Shown here: positions 10,132-19,859 of the stretch, piece by piece
Numbering within the stretch: the first letter of the stretch is position 1
How the letters are laid out: each line of letters begins with the position of its first letter
Source: a virus
Taxonomy: Duplodnaviria > Caudoviricetes
Direction: 5' to 3' (one strand)
Virus record (IMG/VR): IMGVR_UViG_3300037400_004242
Length of the DNA stretch: 64,000 bases
Made by a program: the position numbers and the translations under genes
Notes under the pieces: model-generated
Told to the model about the DNA's origin: nothing
Databases searched by the model: none
Seen by the model: only the letters and a program-made list of their open reading frames with translations

Positions 10132-13100
10132 ATGATAGAATTGCCTATTAAGCATAAAGAGGAAACTGAAACGCAAGCATTGGCAAAAGATATAAAAAAT
10201 AATTTAACCGTTATTAAAGATGATATTGTTGAATCATCAAAAGAAAATGTAATTAATGGTCAAGAATTGGATGATTTTATATATCATCATTTTTTAAATC
10301 GTTTAGACCCTGTAGAATATTGTGAAAATATTCTACGTCATCATCTTCCAAAATCTCGTCAAAAACTTCATGAAAATCAAACAGCACTTATTCGTGCAGT
10401 CTGTAATCCAAAGTTAAAACAGGTTGCAGGAATGATGTCTCGTCAATGTTTACTACGAGGTACGATTATTCATACTCGTGATGGGAAATTAATTCCAATT
10501 GAAGAATATGAAGATTCATGGAAAACAAATACAAGTGCTCCTATTTTTGAGATTCATGTAAAAGGTGGACATATTATAAAATGTACTGCAAATCATCCAA
10601 TTTGTACACAAAATGGTTGGAAACGAGCAGATGAACTAACAACGAACGACTATGTTTTATGCTTAGATTATTGGAATAAATTTAATGATAAATACACGTT
10701 ACAATATTTGAATGAAAATATAAAAGAAATTATAATAGATAATCATTATGCAAAAATTAAAAATATATTAAATAACCAAATTCAATATATACGAGAAATC
10801 TTAAATAAATTAGGAATTCATGGAAAAATTAGTCAAGACGAAATTGAAATAGATTTAACATATCGTAATAATTTATTAAATTTTAAAAAGATTTTTCCAA
10901 ATATAGAAATCATAAATAATTTTGTACAAACAGATTTAGATACGCCAACTGGATACGGAATAGATGAAGAGCATTTATACTATTCTCCATTTATATCAAG
11001 AAAAGAAATTGGTGTAGGAGAAGTTTGGGACGTAGAATTTCCAAATAAAGGTTGGTTTATTGCAGGAGGTATGGTAGTCCATAACTCAGGTAAATGTTTC
11101 CAAAAAGGAACAAAAATTTTAATGGCCGATGGTTCCAAAAAGAATGTAGAAGATATTCAAGTAAATGATAAAGTTATGTCTCCTACAAGTGAACCTAGAA
11201 TCGTAACATCATTAGGGCATGGAACAGAACAAATGTACGAAATTATTCCTGATGATAAAGGATATAATTCTTTTACAGTAAATGCTTCTCATATCTTATC
11301 TTTAATCGGATGGAATGGAAATATATTTAATATCGAAGTAAAAGATTATTTAAAATTGTCCCCCAAAGAGAAAGTTACATTATTAGGCTATCGAGCGGCA
11401 GTAGATTATCCATATCAGCCATTAGATTTTAATGTTTATAATTTAGGGAAAATTTTATCAAATCATGAAACAAATATCTTTGATGAAAATATTAAAGATT
11501 ATATTACAAAATATACAGATAAAGATATTTTACAATCTATTAAAATAAATTCTTTCGGAACCAGATTGCAATTTATAGCAGGATTTATTGATGGAAATAG
11601 CGCAAGTATTAGAAAAAATAAAGTCGTACTAAAAATTAATGATAAATCTTTTGCATATGAAATGCAAGATATGATTCGTTCTGTTGGTATGCAGTCCTGC
11701 ATTAAGCGTTTAAAAGAAAATTATTATATCTACTTCTCAGGAAAATTTTCATTATTAAAGTCTATTAAAACGAAAGATTTAAAAGATGATAATGAAGCGA
11801 TGATTTTTACTTTTAAAGTAAAAGAGAAAAAAGTAGATGAATATTTTGGATTTACAATAGATTCCCCTGACCATTTATTTCTATTAGGTGATTATACTGT
11901 AACTCATAATACAGAATCTATTAGTTCATTTTGTGGATTTTTAATAGATAATTATCCACAAATGCGAGTGGGTGTCTTTACCCCACGTTTACAACAGGCG
12001 GAGGTATCTATTGGACGTTTATCTACATTTTTCCAAATGAACGAAGATAGATTAAATAACAAAATAGTAAAATTAACAAAAGATAGAATTGAATTAAGTA
12101 ATAAATCTTATGTGACTGCGGTATCAGCAAGTGACCAGTCCAATATCGAAGGTTTAACATTTGATGTTATTGTATTGGACGAAGCACAGAAAGTATCAGA
12201 TTATACATTTTCAGAAAGAATAGTTCCAATGGGGGGCGGCTGTATTATTGGTAGTTCTAAAATACAATTATTAGATGGAACTACTAAAACAATTGAAGAA
12301 TTGGTAGAAGAACAAAACGTTGATAAAATTCCTTGTATTAATATAGAAACGTGTAAATTGACAGAAGGAAAAATAACGCAATTTTGTGATACAGGAATTC
12401 AAGATACAATTAAAATTACATTATCAAACGGACAAGAAATTTGTGGTACATATGACCATCCAGTATTAGGGTATAATTCAAAAGAACGAAAAATAAAATG
12501 GTATCGTTTAGATGAAATTACTACAAATATAAATGCTTGTGTTCCGAAAGAAATAAATATATTTGGTAATGTTGAAGAACAAAAAGCAAAGATATTGGGT
12601 TTATTAATAGGTGATGGAAATTATTCAACTAGAAATGTTTATTATGCTACAAAAGATAGTGAATTGGAACAATGTATAATTAACTATTTTGGAAAAAATA
12701 ACGTTTGTATTGAAAGGTCACATATTACAAAAAATAAAGAGATTTTTAAATTTATGCGAATCAGAGGAAATGAAATTCATACATTAATTGGTAAATATGA
12801 AATGAGAGGTGAAAAAGGAAGCCAAAAACAATTACCAAAAAATTACGAAAAATTTAATAAAAAATCGTTATCACAATTAATAAGCGGATTATATGATACT
12901 GATGGAACTTTTGTTATTGAACAAAATCGTCGTGGTGTTATAGGATATAGTACTATAAGCGAAACTCTAGCACATCAATTAATTCATTGTTTAATGAAAT
13001 TTGGTATACATGCTAAGTTATACAAAAAATATTCAAAAACACACATTTATAATAATAGAATGATTAAAGGTGGACAAATTTTTGACGTTTCTATAAAAGG

Positions 13101-14397
13101 CAAAGAAAATATATTAAAGTTTAATTTAGCTTTTTATGATTATTTATTGGTAAAATATAAAAAAGATACATTAAAAAAAATGTCTATTATTTTAAAAAAT
13201 AGACGTGAAAAAATAGCTAAAAAATATTTTAATACAGATTTACGTTTTGAAAAAGTAATTAATGTTGAATATGCAGGTAAACAACATGTTTATGATTTAA
13301 CTGTTGATAAATATCACAACTTTATTGCTAATAATATTTTTGTTCATAATACGAACGCTAAAATAGTCCAAATTGGTACTCCAAAAACAAGAAATCATTT
13401 TTTTGATGCAGTAGAAGGTAAAGCACATGAAAAATGGACAGTAGTAAAAAGAGATTGGACACAATGCGCCCAATTGTGGAGTTTGGATGCGATATATTTA
13501 CCTGACCCAAAGACAGGAATTACTCGTCCTTACTCACGATTCGTTCTTGAACAAGCTATGCCAAAAGTTTTAAAACAAGATATGTTTCCAAATAATCCTG
13601 AAATATGGACAGAAGGAAACCTTTCTGTAGAAGATTTTAGGACGCAGTATATGCTTGAATTTATTGATGGCGCAGGAAAATATATTGATAGTGAACAAGT
13701 TAAACGAATGACAGATGGCGAATTTGACTGGTTAGACCATGGTATTATTGGAGAAACTTATGTAGCTGGTATTGACTTCGCAGGGAGTAATCCTGATGGA
13801 GATAGTACACAAATTTCTGTATTAAGAATTTGTCGTGATGGTACAAAACATAAGGTATTTGCAAAAGAATTCCAAGATACGAGTTATCCGCAACAAATGT
13901 ATTACATTTCAAACTTATTTGGCGGTTATCATCCAAGATTCGAATGTAAAAAGATATTTGCGGATTATACAGGTTGTGGTGCGGCTGTTGTTCAAACATT
14001 AAAAGAAGAATTTGGTATTAAAAATCTAGAGGGTATTATCTTTAATGCGCGTGATAGGTTTACAGGTTCAGGAATGAACATGAAAAACATTATGTACGCA
14101 AAATGGAGACAAGAACTAGACAACAATAAATTTAAATATATGACAAAAGAAAGATTTGAAAAATCTACAGCAGAAGGTGCAGGAGTAGATAATCTTGCAT
14201 ATTATCACCGTATGATAAGCGAATGGGCAGATTTGGAACAAACAGTTACAGGTTATTCTGTAAATAAAAAAATAGAAGCTCCAGTAGGTTATCATGATGA
14301 TGTTTGTGATAGTGATGTTCTTGCAAATTTTGCGGCAGGGGATGGACAAAGAAATCATATGCCAAGACCAACCGCAGGAAGGTTTATGTGGCATTAA
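10132..14397 (+). CDS. terL: terminase large subunit with three inteins (about 566-aa extein)
   Basis: Spliced Walker A SRQ|SGK|T; Walker B VIVLDEAQ; motif III IGTP; nuclease motifs AGIDFA, ADYTGCG, YHDDVCDS. Confidence 0.93.
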   Translation: MIELPIKHKEETETQALAKDIKNNLTVIKDDIVESSKENVINGQELDDFIYHHFLNRLDPVEYCENILRHHLPKSRQKLHENQTALIRAVCNPKLKQVAGMMSRQCLLRGTIIHTRDGKLIPIEEYEDSWKTNTSAPIFEIHVKGGHIIKCTANHPICTQNGWKRADELTTNDYVLCLDYWNKFNDKYTLQYLNENIKEIIIDNHYAKIKNILNNQIQYIREILNKLGIHGKISQDEIEIDLTYRNNLLNFKKIFPNIEIINNFVQTDLDTPTGYGIDEEHLYYSPFISRKEIGVGEVWDVEFPNKGWFIAGGMVVHNSGKCFQKGTKILMADGSKKNVEDIQVNDKVMSPTSEPRIVTSLGHGTEQMYEIIPDDKGYNSFTVNASHILSLIGWNGNIFNIEVKDYLKLSPKEKVTLLGYRAAVDYPYQPLDFNVYNLGKILSNHETNIFDENIKDYITKYTDKDILQSIKINSFGTRLQFIAGFIDGNSASIRKNKVVLKINDKSFAYEMQDMIRSVGMQSCIKRLKENYYIYFSGKFSLLKSIKTKDLKDDNEAMIFTFKVKEKKVDEYFGFTIDSPDHLFLLGDYTVTHNTESISSFCGFLIDNYPQMRVGVFTPRLQQAEVSIGRLSTFFQMNEDRLNNKIVKLTKDRIELSNKSYVTAVSASDQSNIEGLTFDVIVLDEAQKVSDYTFSERIVPMGGGCIIGSSKIQLLDGTTKTIEELVEEQNVDKIPCINIETCKLTEGKITQFCDTGIQDTIKITLSNGQEICGTYDHPVLGYNSKERKIKWYRLDEITTNINACVPKEINIFGNVEEQKAKILGLLIGDGNYSTRNVYYATKDSELEQCIINYFGKNNVCIERSHITKNKEIFKFMRIRGNEIHTLIGKYEMRGEKGSQKQLPKNYEKFNKKSLSQLISGLYDTDGTFVIEQNRRGVIGYSTISETLAHQLIHCLMKFGIHAKLYKKYSKTHIYNNRMIKGGQIFDVSIKGKENILKFNLAFYDYLLVKYKKDTLKKMSIILKNRREKIAKKYFNTDLRFEKVINVEYAGKQHVYDLTVDKYHNFIANNIFVHNTNAKIVQIGTPKTRNHFFDAVEGKAHEKWTVVKRDWTQCAQLWSLDAIYLPDPKTGITRPYSRFVLEQAMPKVLKQDMFPNNPEIWTEGNLSVEDFRTQYMLEFIDGAGKYIDSEQVKRMTDGEFDWLDHGIIGETYVAGIDFAGSNPDGDSTQISVLRICRDGTKHKVFAKEFQDTSYPQQMYYISNLFGGYHPRFECKKIFADYTGCGAAVVQTLKEEFGIKNLEGIIFNARDRFTGSGMNMKNIMYAKWRQELDNNKFKYMTKERFEKSTAEGAGVDNLAYYHRMISEWADLEQTVTGYSVNKKIEAPVGYHDDVCDSDVLANFAAGDGQRNHMPRPTAGRFMWH
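10447..11085 (+). mobile_element. intein 1 in TerL (213 aa, degenerate endonuclease)
   Basis: Starts CLLRGT, block B CTANHP, ends VVHN followed by Ser; no intact LAGLIDADG motif. Confidence 0.9.
11095..11910 (+). mobile_element. intein 2 in TerL (272 aa, partly degenerate LAGLIDADG)
   Basis: Starts CFQKGT, block B VNASH, FIAGFIDG remnant, ends VTHN followed by Thr. Confidence 0.9.
12241..13350 (+). mobile_element. intein 3 in TerL (370 aa, LAGLIDADG homing endonuclease)
   Basis: Starts CIIGSS, block B GTYDHP, LGLLIGDG and ISGLYDTDG motifs, ends FVHN followed by Thr. Confidence 0.92.
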
Positions 14398-14400
14398 TAA

Positions 14401-14429
14401 AAAAGAGTATGCTATGTCATACTCTTTTT
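14401..14429 (+). terminator. rho-independent terminator after terL
   Basis: aaaagagtatg-ctatgt-catactcttttt. Confidence 0.8.
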
Positions 14430-14465
14430 ATTTTTATATTAGAGACAAAAAAGGAGTTGAAAAAT

Positions 14466-15821
14466 ATGATTCATATCTTAGATGCAAGAAATACTATTCA
14501 TAAAATTTTACAAGATACAAAAGACAATATATATCGAATTAATAAAGATTACAAAGGAAATATTACACGGTTTCATCTAGGAATTATTTTTATCGGAACA
14601 AATTCTATGTATCAAAAATTTTCTTACATACAAGGGAAAATTTGTGAATTTATGAATGTAAAGTTGACAGTTGTCCATTTACATTCTTATATCAGTAAAA
14701 AGGATATTTTAGAACAAATTGATAACTTAAATAAGGATGACACGATAACAGGTATCTTGATATATTCCCTCCCATCAAGTACTGCATATAAAACTGACTA
14801 TGTAGATGATACCTATAATATAGATACAGAGAAGAATAAAGATGTAGATTCTATTACTTCTAGGTTATCAGACATAAAGTACTCTTTATCTAATACTCTA
14901 TCAGAACCTGATATATATAGGACGCAAGTAAAAGATTCATATATAAGGAAGATATTAGATGGAGCATATCAACTCATGAAATATACAGAAGAGTATAATG
15001 AGAAGATAAAGATAAAGACTTTAATACAGCAATATGAAAATGAAGAACTATTTCAAAAGAGGTTAAATTTAGAGAAGTCATTCATTCATGATGAAATTAT
15101 AAAATGTATGGAAGAAAAATGGAATCAAATTACAGATGAAGAATTATTGCCGAGAGTAAAACATGGAAATTTCCCAAAAGCAAGGAAAGAATATATTGAT
15201 GAAAACTTAAATGAAATTTTGTTAAAGAGTATTTTTTCATGTATTGTTCCTCTTGAAATAATATTGCCAAAGAGATTACAAGAAGATAGGAATGAAATTG
15301 TAGAAGAAATTCAAGTGGAGAAAGATGTAAGTGGAAGTGTATCAAGCAGTTTAGGAAAAATAAGTATTCAAAAATATCAAATGTTACCCTGTATCGCGGA
15401 AGGAATTATTCGTGTATTAGAAGATAATGAAATTGAGTTAGATAAGAAAATTGTAACAATTGTAGGAAAAGAAAAAAGTTTTGGAAAGCAGTTGGCAAAT
15501 TTATTTATGGATAAAGGATGTACTGTCATAATATGTCATTCACATACAGAGAATTTAAGAGAGTATACAAAACAAGCAGATATATTAATTGTAGATGCAG
15601 GAATTTCAAATTTTATGACAAAAGAATATATCAAAGAAGGAAGTATTGTAATAGATAAAGGTTTATATGGATTAAATAATAAATTAATAGGAGATATAAA
15701 CTTTCAATCTATGTTAGAAATGGAGGAAGTTACATACTTATCGACAGCGAGTGGATTAAGAGCGATTGGAGAAGCAATTTTATTTGAGAATATATTAAAA
15801 GCCTATCTAATACAGAGTTAA
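14466..15821 (+). CDS. folD: FolD-like protein (methylene-THF dehydrogenase/cyclohydrolase fold), degenerate, with large insertion
   Basis: LNKDDTITGIL, KDVD, LPCIAEGI, CTVIICHSHT, ADILIV, IKEGSIVID, KLIGDI are collinear with FolD; AAGGAG RBS before ATG 14466. Confidence 0.8.
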   Translation: MIHILDARNTIHKILQDTKDNIYRINKDYKGNITRFHLGIIFIGTNSMYQKFSYIQGKICEFMNVKLTVVHLHSYISKKDILEQIDNLNKDDTITGILIYSLPSSTAYKTDYVDDTYNIDTEKNKDVDSITSRLSDIKYSLSNTLSEPDIYRTQVKDSYIRKILDGAYQLMKYTEEYNEKIKIKTLIQQYENEELFQKRLNLEKSFIHDEIIKCMEEKWNQITDEELLPRVKHGNFPKARKEYIDENLNEILLKSIFSCIVPLEIILPKRLQEDRNEIVEEIQVEKDVSGSVSSSLGKISIQKYQMLPCIAEGIIRVLEDNEIELDKKIVTIVGKEKSFGKQLANLFMDKGCTVIICHSHTENLREYTKQADILIVDAGISNFMTKEYIKEGSIVIDKGLYGLNNKLIGDINFQSMLEMEEVTYLSTASGLRAIGEAILFENILKAYLIQS

Positions 15822-15890
15822 AAAATAAATATTTAATTTTTAGAGTTTATAATATAATAATTTTAGAAAAATATGAGGGGCTTTTGGCAT

Positions 15891-17117
15891 ATGATAGAAA
15901 AAACAGTATTACAAAACGGGTTAACAATAATTACAGAGCCTATGGATGGAGATTTTGTAAATGTAGCATACTATGTAAATAAAGGTAGTATTGATGAACC
16001 TGAAGATTGTTTAGGGATTGCGCATTTAGCAGAACATGAAGTATTTAAAGGTACAGCGAATCGAAATAAAGATGAAGTATGGGAAGATGTACAAAAATAT
16101 GGTGGAGAAATGAACGCTTATACAGCGGAAAATAGCACGGCATTTTTTTGTACAATTCTAAAAGAATATTGGGACAAAGCATTAGATGTCATATCAGATA
16201 TAGTATTTAATAATACAATTCCTGAAGAAGAATTTGAATTAGAAAAAGGTGTAGTTATTGAAGAACTAAAAATGTATGATGATGATGCAAAGCATAAAGT
16301 ATTTGATGAAACATCAAGAGTATTGTTTAAAGATTATAAAAATCGTTGGAATAATGGTGGAACGCCTGAAACGGTTCAAGGGATAAAAAGAGAACAATTA
16401 GTAGACTTTATTAACAACAATTACATTCCACAGAATATTACATTATTTGTTACAGGAAATGTAAAACATGAAGATATAGAAAAATTTGTGGAAGATTATC
16501 TAGATGGATATGAGTTTATTAATGATAGTCAAGAACATCGTGTAACAGTAGATAAGCTAAATATTACAGACGATGTAATTTCTTTACATGGAACGCAATC
16601 TACTATGATGGCAGTATGGGAAACGAAAGCAAGTGGAACGAGAGAACTTTTATTAAATGAAATATTATGTAGTATTTTAGGTGGAGGATTTGGTTCTCGT
16701 TTCATGGAGATACGAGAAAAATATGGATATGCATATACAGTAAACTGTAATTATCAAGCATTTGCTGAAAATGATAAAGCATTTATGTTTTGTTATGCAG
16801 GGTTAAATAAATACAATATTCCAAAAACAAAAGAACTAATTATTCAAAATTTAAAAGATATAAAAGAAAATGGACTAAGGTTCAATGAATTTAATCAAGC
16901 AAAGATTTGTGTAAAAAGTGATTACAAGAAACAATTCTCTTTCTGTGAAGATGTTAATAACTTCCGATTGATGCAGTATCCAATTGGAGGGACGATATAT
17001 ACAGAAGAGTTATTAAAAGTTTTAGAAAAGATAACAATTCAAGACGTAGAAAATTTTGCAAAAGAAATATTACAGGATATGAAGATAGGGTTTATTGTAG
17101 TAGAACAGACAGAATAA
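15891..17117 (+). CDS. M16 (insulinase/pitrilysin/MPP-like) zinc peptidase
   Basis: LQNGLTI, GIAHLAEH (HxxEH), NAYT, EKGVVIEE, LGGGFGSRFMEIREKYGYAY. Confidence 0.92.
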   Translation: MIEKTVLQNGLTIITEPMDGDFVNVAYYVNKGSIDEPEDCLGIAHLAEHEVFKGTANRNKDEVWEDVQKYGGEMNAYTAENSTAFFCTILKEYWDKALDVISDIVFNNTIPEEEFELEKGVVIEELKMYDDDAKHKVFDETSRVLFKDYKNRWNNGGTPETVQGIKREQLVDFINNNYIPQNITLFVTGNVKHEDIEKFVEDYLDGYEFINDSQEHRVTVDKLNITDDVISLHGTQSTMMAVWETKASGTRELLLNEILCSILGGGFGSRFMEIREKYGYAYTVNCNYQAFAENDKAFMFCYAGLNKYNIPKTKELIIQNLKDIKENGLRFNEFNQAKICVKSDYKKQFSFCEDVNNFRLMQYPIGGTIYTEELLKVLEKITIQDVENFAKEILQDMKIGFIVVEQTE

Positions 17118-17133
17118 AAAGGAGCATGAAACT

Positions 17134-17787
17134 TTGTTAGAAACAAAAGAAAAGCAAGAAGACTTTGATGCAGTTCCTCCATTTGAACCATTATATGAGT
17201 ATGTAAAAACGGATAAAAATAAAGTATGGTTTTTATATCAAGAAAAAATATTGAGACTTGTAGGATGGCTAGGGTGGATGAAAAACTTTAGCAAAGATGA
17301 GTTACTTCAGCAGTCATATATATACTTTGTAAGTTTATGTGATGCATATGACCCGTATTATGATGGTAAGTTTTTTAAATTTGATAGATACTTATTTAAA
17401 AATTTGATTATAAAATTAAGAGCTTATATCCAACGATATTATTTTAAAGGAAATCGTGAAAAGCCATCAGATTGTGATTATTTATTACAGAATCAAGTAG
17501 TTGATAACATTGGAACAAGTGAAAGCGAAATGTATGTAGAATATATATTTAGCTTATTAGAAGGAAGAGAAAAAGATGTTATTCGATTAACATTAGAAGG
17601 ATATAAACAGCAAGAAATAGGAAAGAAATTAAAGATTAGCCAAAGTCGTGTATCAGTTATTAAGAAACAAGCGTTAAAAGAACTTTATATGATATTGGAT
17701 GAAAAACACACAGAAGATGAAAAGAGAGAACTTCATATTGAAGAAATTAAAGCATATCTTTATGATAAAGTTAACAACTCCAAGTAA
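17134..17787 (+). CDS. phage sigma-70-family RNA polymerase sigma factor (candidate late sigma)
   Basis: Region-2-like DELLQ...YDP...F and region-4 HTH LEGREKDVIRL...YKQQEIGKKLKISQSRVS. Confidence 0.75.
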   Translation: MLETKEKQEDFDAVPPFEPLYEYVKTDKNKVWFLYQEKILRLVGWLGWMKNFSKDELLQQSYIYFVSLCDAYDPYYDGKFFKFDRYLFKNLIIKLRAYIQRYYFKGNREKPSDCDYLLQNQVVDNIGTSESEMYVEYIFSLLEGREKDVIRLTLEGYKQQEIGKKLKISQSRVSVIKKQALKELYMILDEKHTEDEKRELHIEEIKAYLYDKVNNSK

Positions 17788-17793
17788 GAAAGT

Positions 17794-17824
17794 AAAAGGC
17801 ACTATATAATGGTTAGTGCCTTTT
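17794..17824 (+). terminator. rho-independent terminator
   Basis: aaaaggcacta...tagtgcctttt. Confidence 0.75.
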
Positions 17825-17953
17825 ATTATTAGGAATTTTGTAATAATAAGTTATTATTTGCTTATTTTTTTTGTAGGATTAGAGTCTATTCTGAACGGAA
17901 AATTTTTTTGTTTTTGGATTCAGAATTTTGATAAAATACGTGAGGTGACAAAT

Positions 17954-18568
17954 TTGATTAGGAGAGTTTCAGATGAAATTTTCGATGATAAAGCGTTTAC
18001 ACGAATTGCAGAGACGATGCATAAAAATAGCAGGAAGTTGTTCTCTGTGGTAAATTCTGAAACAGAAGCACAAAAAATTCAGAAAGATTTAAATGTGAAC
18101 GGTTATCAGTCAAATTATGAGAAAAAAGGAGAATATTATAATGTATATTATTCTCCGACAGTTCCGAAGTTTAAAGTTGATGAAAGTATTTTAAAGCAAT
18201 TTGAAAATATTGGGAATAATCAATATCGTGCTTTTGAAAAACCAAGTAAGATTGCAGGATTATATGATTATAATTTTGATGATGGTTCCATTTGGACTTT
18301 AAAAACATATGAAGATGGGCAACAGTATCTAGTGAAAGAAGTACAAGATGATGACGAAGATACTGTTATTCGTAAGAAAGCTACGAAAGCTGGATTACAA
18401 AAAGATGTTTTTACAAATAAGTTAAATGAAATTTTAAAGAAAAATCATATTGTTGTTACGTCTAAGTTATTGTCAGAGATAAAGAATCAAGTATTAGCAG
18501 ATATGTTAGATGATATATCTGTTCAAAAAAAGATTACAAGTTTTGCGACGAAGGAGATAAACAAATGA
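17954..18568 (+). CDS. hypothetical protein, putative head protein
   Basis: GAGGTG RBS before TTG 17954; the track start at 17816 overlaps the terminator. Confidence 0.6.
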   Translation: MIRRVSDEIFDDKAFTRIAETMHKNSRKLFSVVNSETEAQKIQKDLNVNGYQSNYEKKGEYYNVYYSPTVPKFKVDESILKQFENIGNNQYRAFEKPSKIAGLYDYNFDDGSIWTLKTYEDGQQYLVKEVQDDDEDTVIRKKATKAGLQKDVFTNKLNEILKKNHIVVTSKLLSEIKNQVLADMLDDISVQKKITSFATKEINK

Positions 18569-19452
18569 TTGATTTACGAATGAAACCTGAAGTCCATAAG
18601 CAATATGACTATAATTTAGATTTAAATGAACGTGATGATGGAGATGTATTAGGCGATGCTTCTATGAACGATTATTTAAAAGGGTATCAAATCGAGCCAT
18701 ATGCTTTTCAACAATGGGCAAAGAAAAAGAACATTAATTTGAAGAAGGTAGCAGGACAAGAAATGATTAACATGCATTTCTATCCTGAATTTTTAGCAGA
18801 TTATATTTTAACGTTATGGAATGGTACAGATGGAGAACTTCAAGATTTTTATGAAGCATTTACCTTGCGTTATGATAATAAGCTAAAAAAAGATGTAGCA
18901 AAAGAAATTGCAAAATTAGGTTATAAAGTTTATCCTGTATTAGTAGATGATAGAGCATTTTATGCAAGTAAGAAACGTTTTGAAAAAGTTATGAAGAAAG
19001 CAAGCAAAAAAGACATTCATACAAAGATGAATCTTGCGAAGAAACTTTTCCAAAATAGTGAAGCATTAAAACTTTGTATGGGAGAAGTAAATGACATAGA
19101 AGAAATGGGACAGCAAGTTTCTTCTCGTCGTGTATCTGATTTGTTAGGATATTATAATGAGATTTTCCCTGAAGATTATGCATTATCATTGACAAAGAAT
19201 TTAGTGGATGATAAACTTACAGATAATAGCTTTGAACATTATCAGGATTTTGGAATTTCTGATGAAAGTTTAAAAAATATAGAACGTATGATGGATGGCA
19301 ATCAAGACCCATATGACGGACAAATGTATAATGGTGGAAATACAAGTTCAACAGACATGGGATATGATTATATTGCAGATATGCGTGGATTTGATGGTGT
19401 AAAACCTGAATTGTATGAAACTCCTGTTGTTCATGCTAAAAAAAAAGACTAA
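18565..19452 (+). CDS. hypothetical protein; probably fused to 19494..19838 through an A9 frameshift
   Basis: AAGGAG RBS; ends just after an A9 run, and the -1 frame is open into the next ORF. Confidence 0.65.
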   Translation: MIDLRMKPEVHKQYDYNLDLNERDDGDVLGDASMNDYLKGYQIEPYAFQQWAKKKNINLKKVAGQEMINMHFYPEFLADYILTLWNGTDGELQDFYEAFTLRYDNKLKKDVAKEIAKLGYKVYPVLVDDRAFYASKKRFEKVMKKASKKDIHTKMNLAKKLFQNSEALKLCMGEVNDIEEMGQQVSSRRVSDLLGYYNEIFPEDYALSLTKNLVDDKLTDNSFEHYQDFGISDESLKNIERMMDGNQDPYDGQMYNGGNTSSTDMGYDYIADMRGFDGVKPELYETPVVHAKKKD

Positions 19453-19493
19453 AAATAACTGCTGATGAAATTGGGAATATTCCTTTAAGTAAA

Positions 19494-19838
19494 GTGATGG
19501 ATGCAATTAATGAAGCAAGTACTAATGTAAGTACATTATTAAAACAAAAATTTGCAAATCCACCAGTTCCAATTCGTAGTATCCGAAAACAGAAAAATAA
19601 AGCAAAAAGTAATATTGATGATTTTTATACAGTAGTAAATGTTCCTGATGTATTGGATGTTTATGAGGTTTGGAAATTTACATTAGATAATCAGGAGTAT
19701 GATGAGGTTTTTGTAGTTATATCTGCACTTTGTACATTAGCAGGATATAAGAAAGCAAAGTGGTCAGATGTACAGTATCGTGGATTTTATAGTACGGTAG
19801 ATGAAGCAATTGATGAAATCTACGGGAATTTAGCATAA
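19494..19838 (+). CDS. probable C-terminal part of the 18565 gene
   Basis: No RBS; frame open upstream to the A9 run at 19438-19446. Confidence 0.5.
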   Translation: MMDAINEASTNVSTLLKQKFANPPVPIRSIRKQKNKAKSNIDDFYTVVNVPDVLDVYEVWKFTLDNQEYDEVFVVISALCTLAGYKKAKWSDVQYRGFYSTVDEAIDEIYGNLA

Positions 19839-19859
19839 AAAGGAGTGTGGAGTAAGTAT

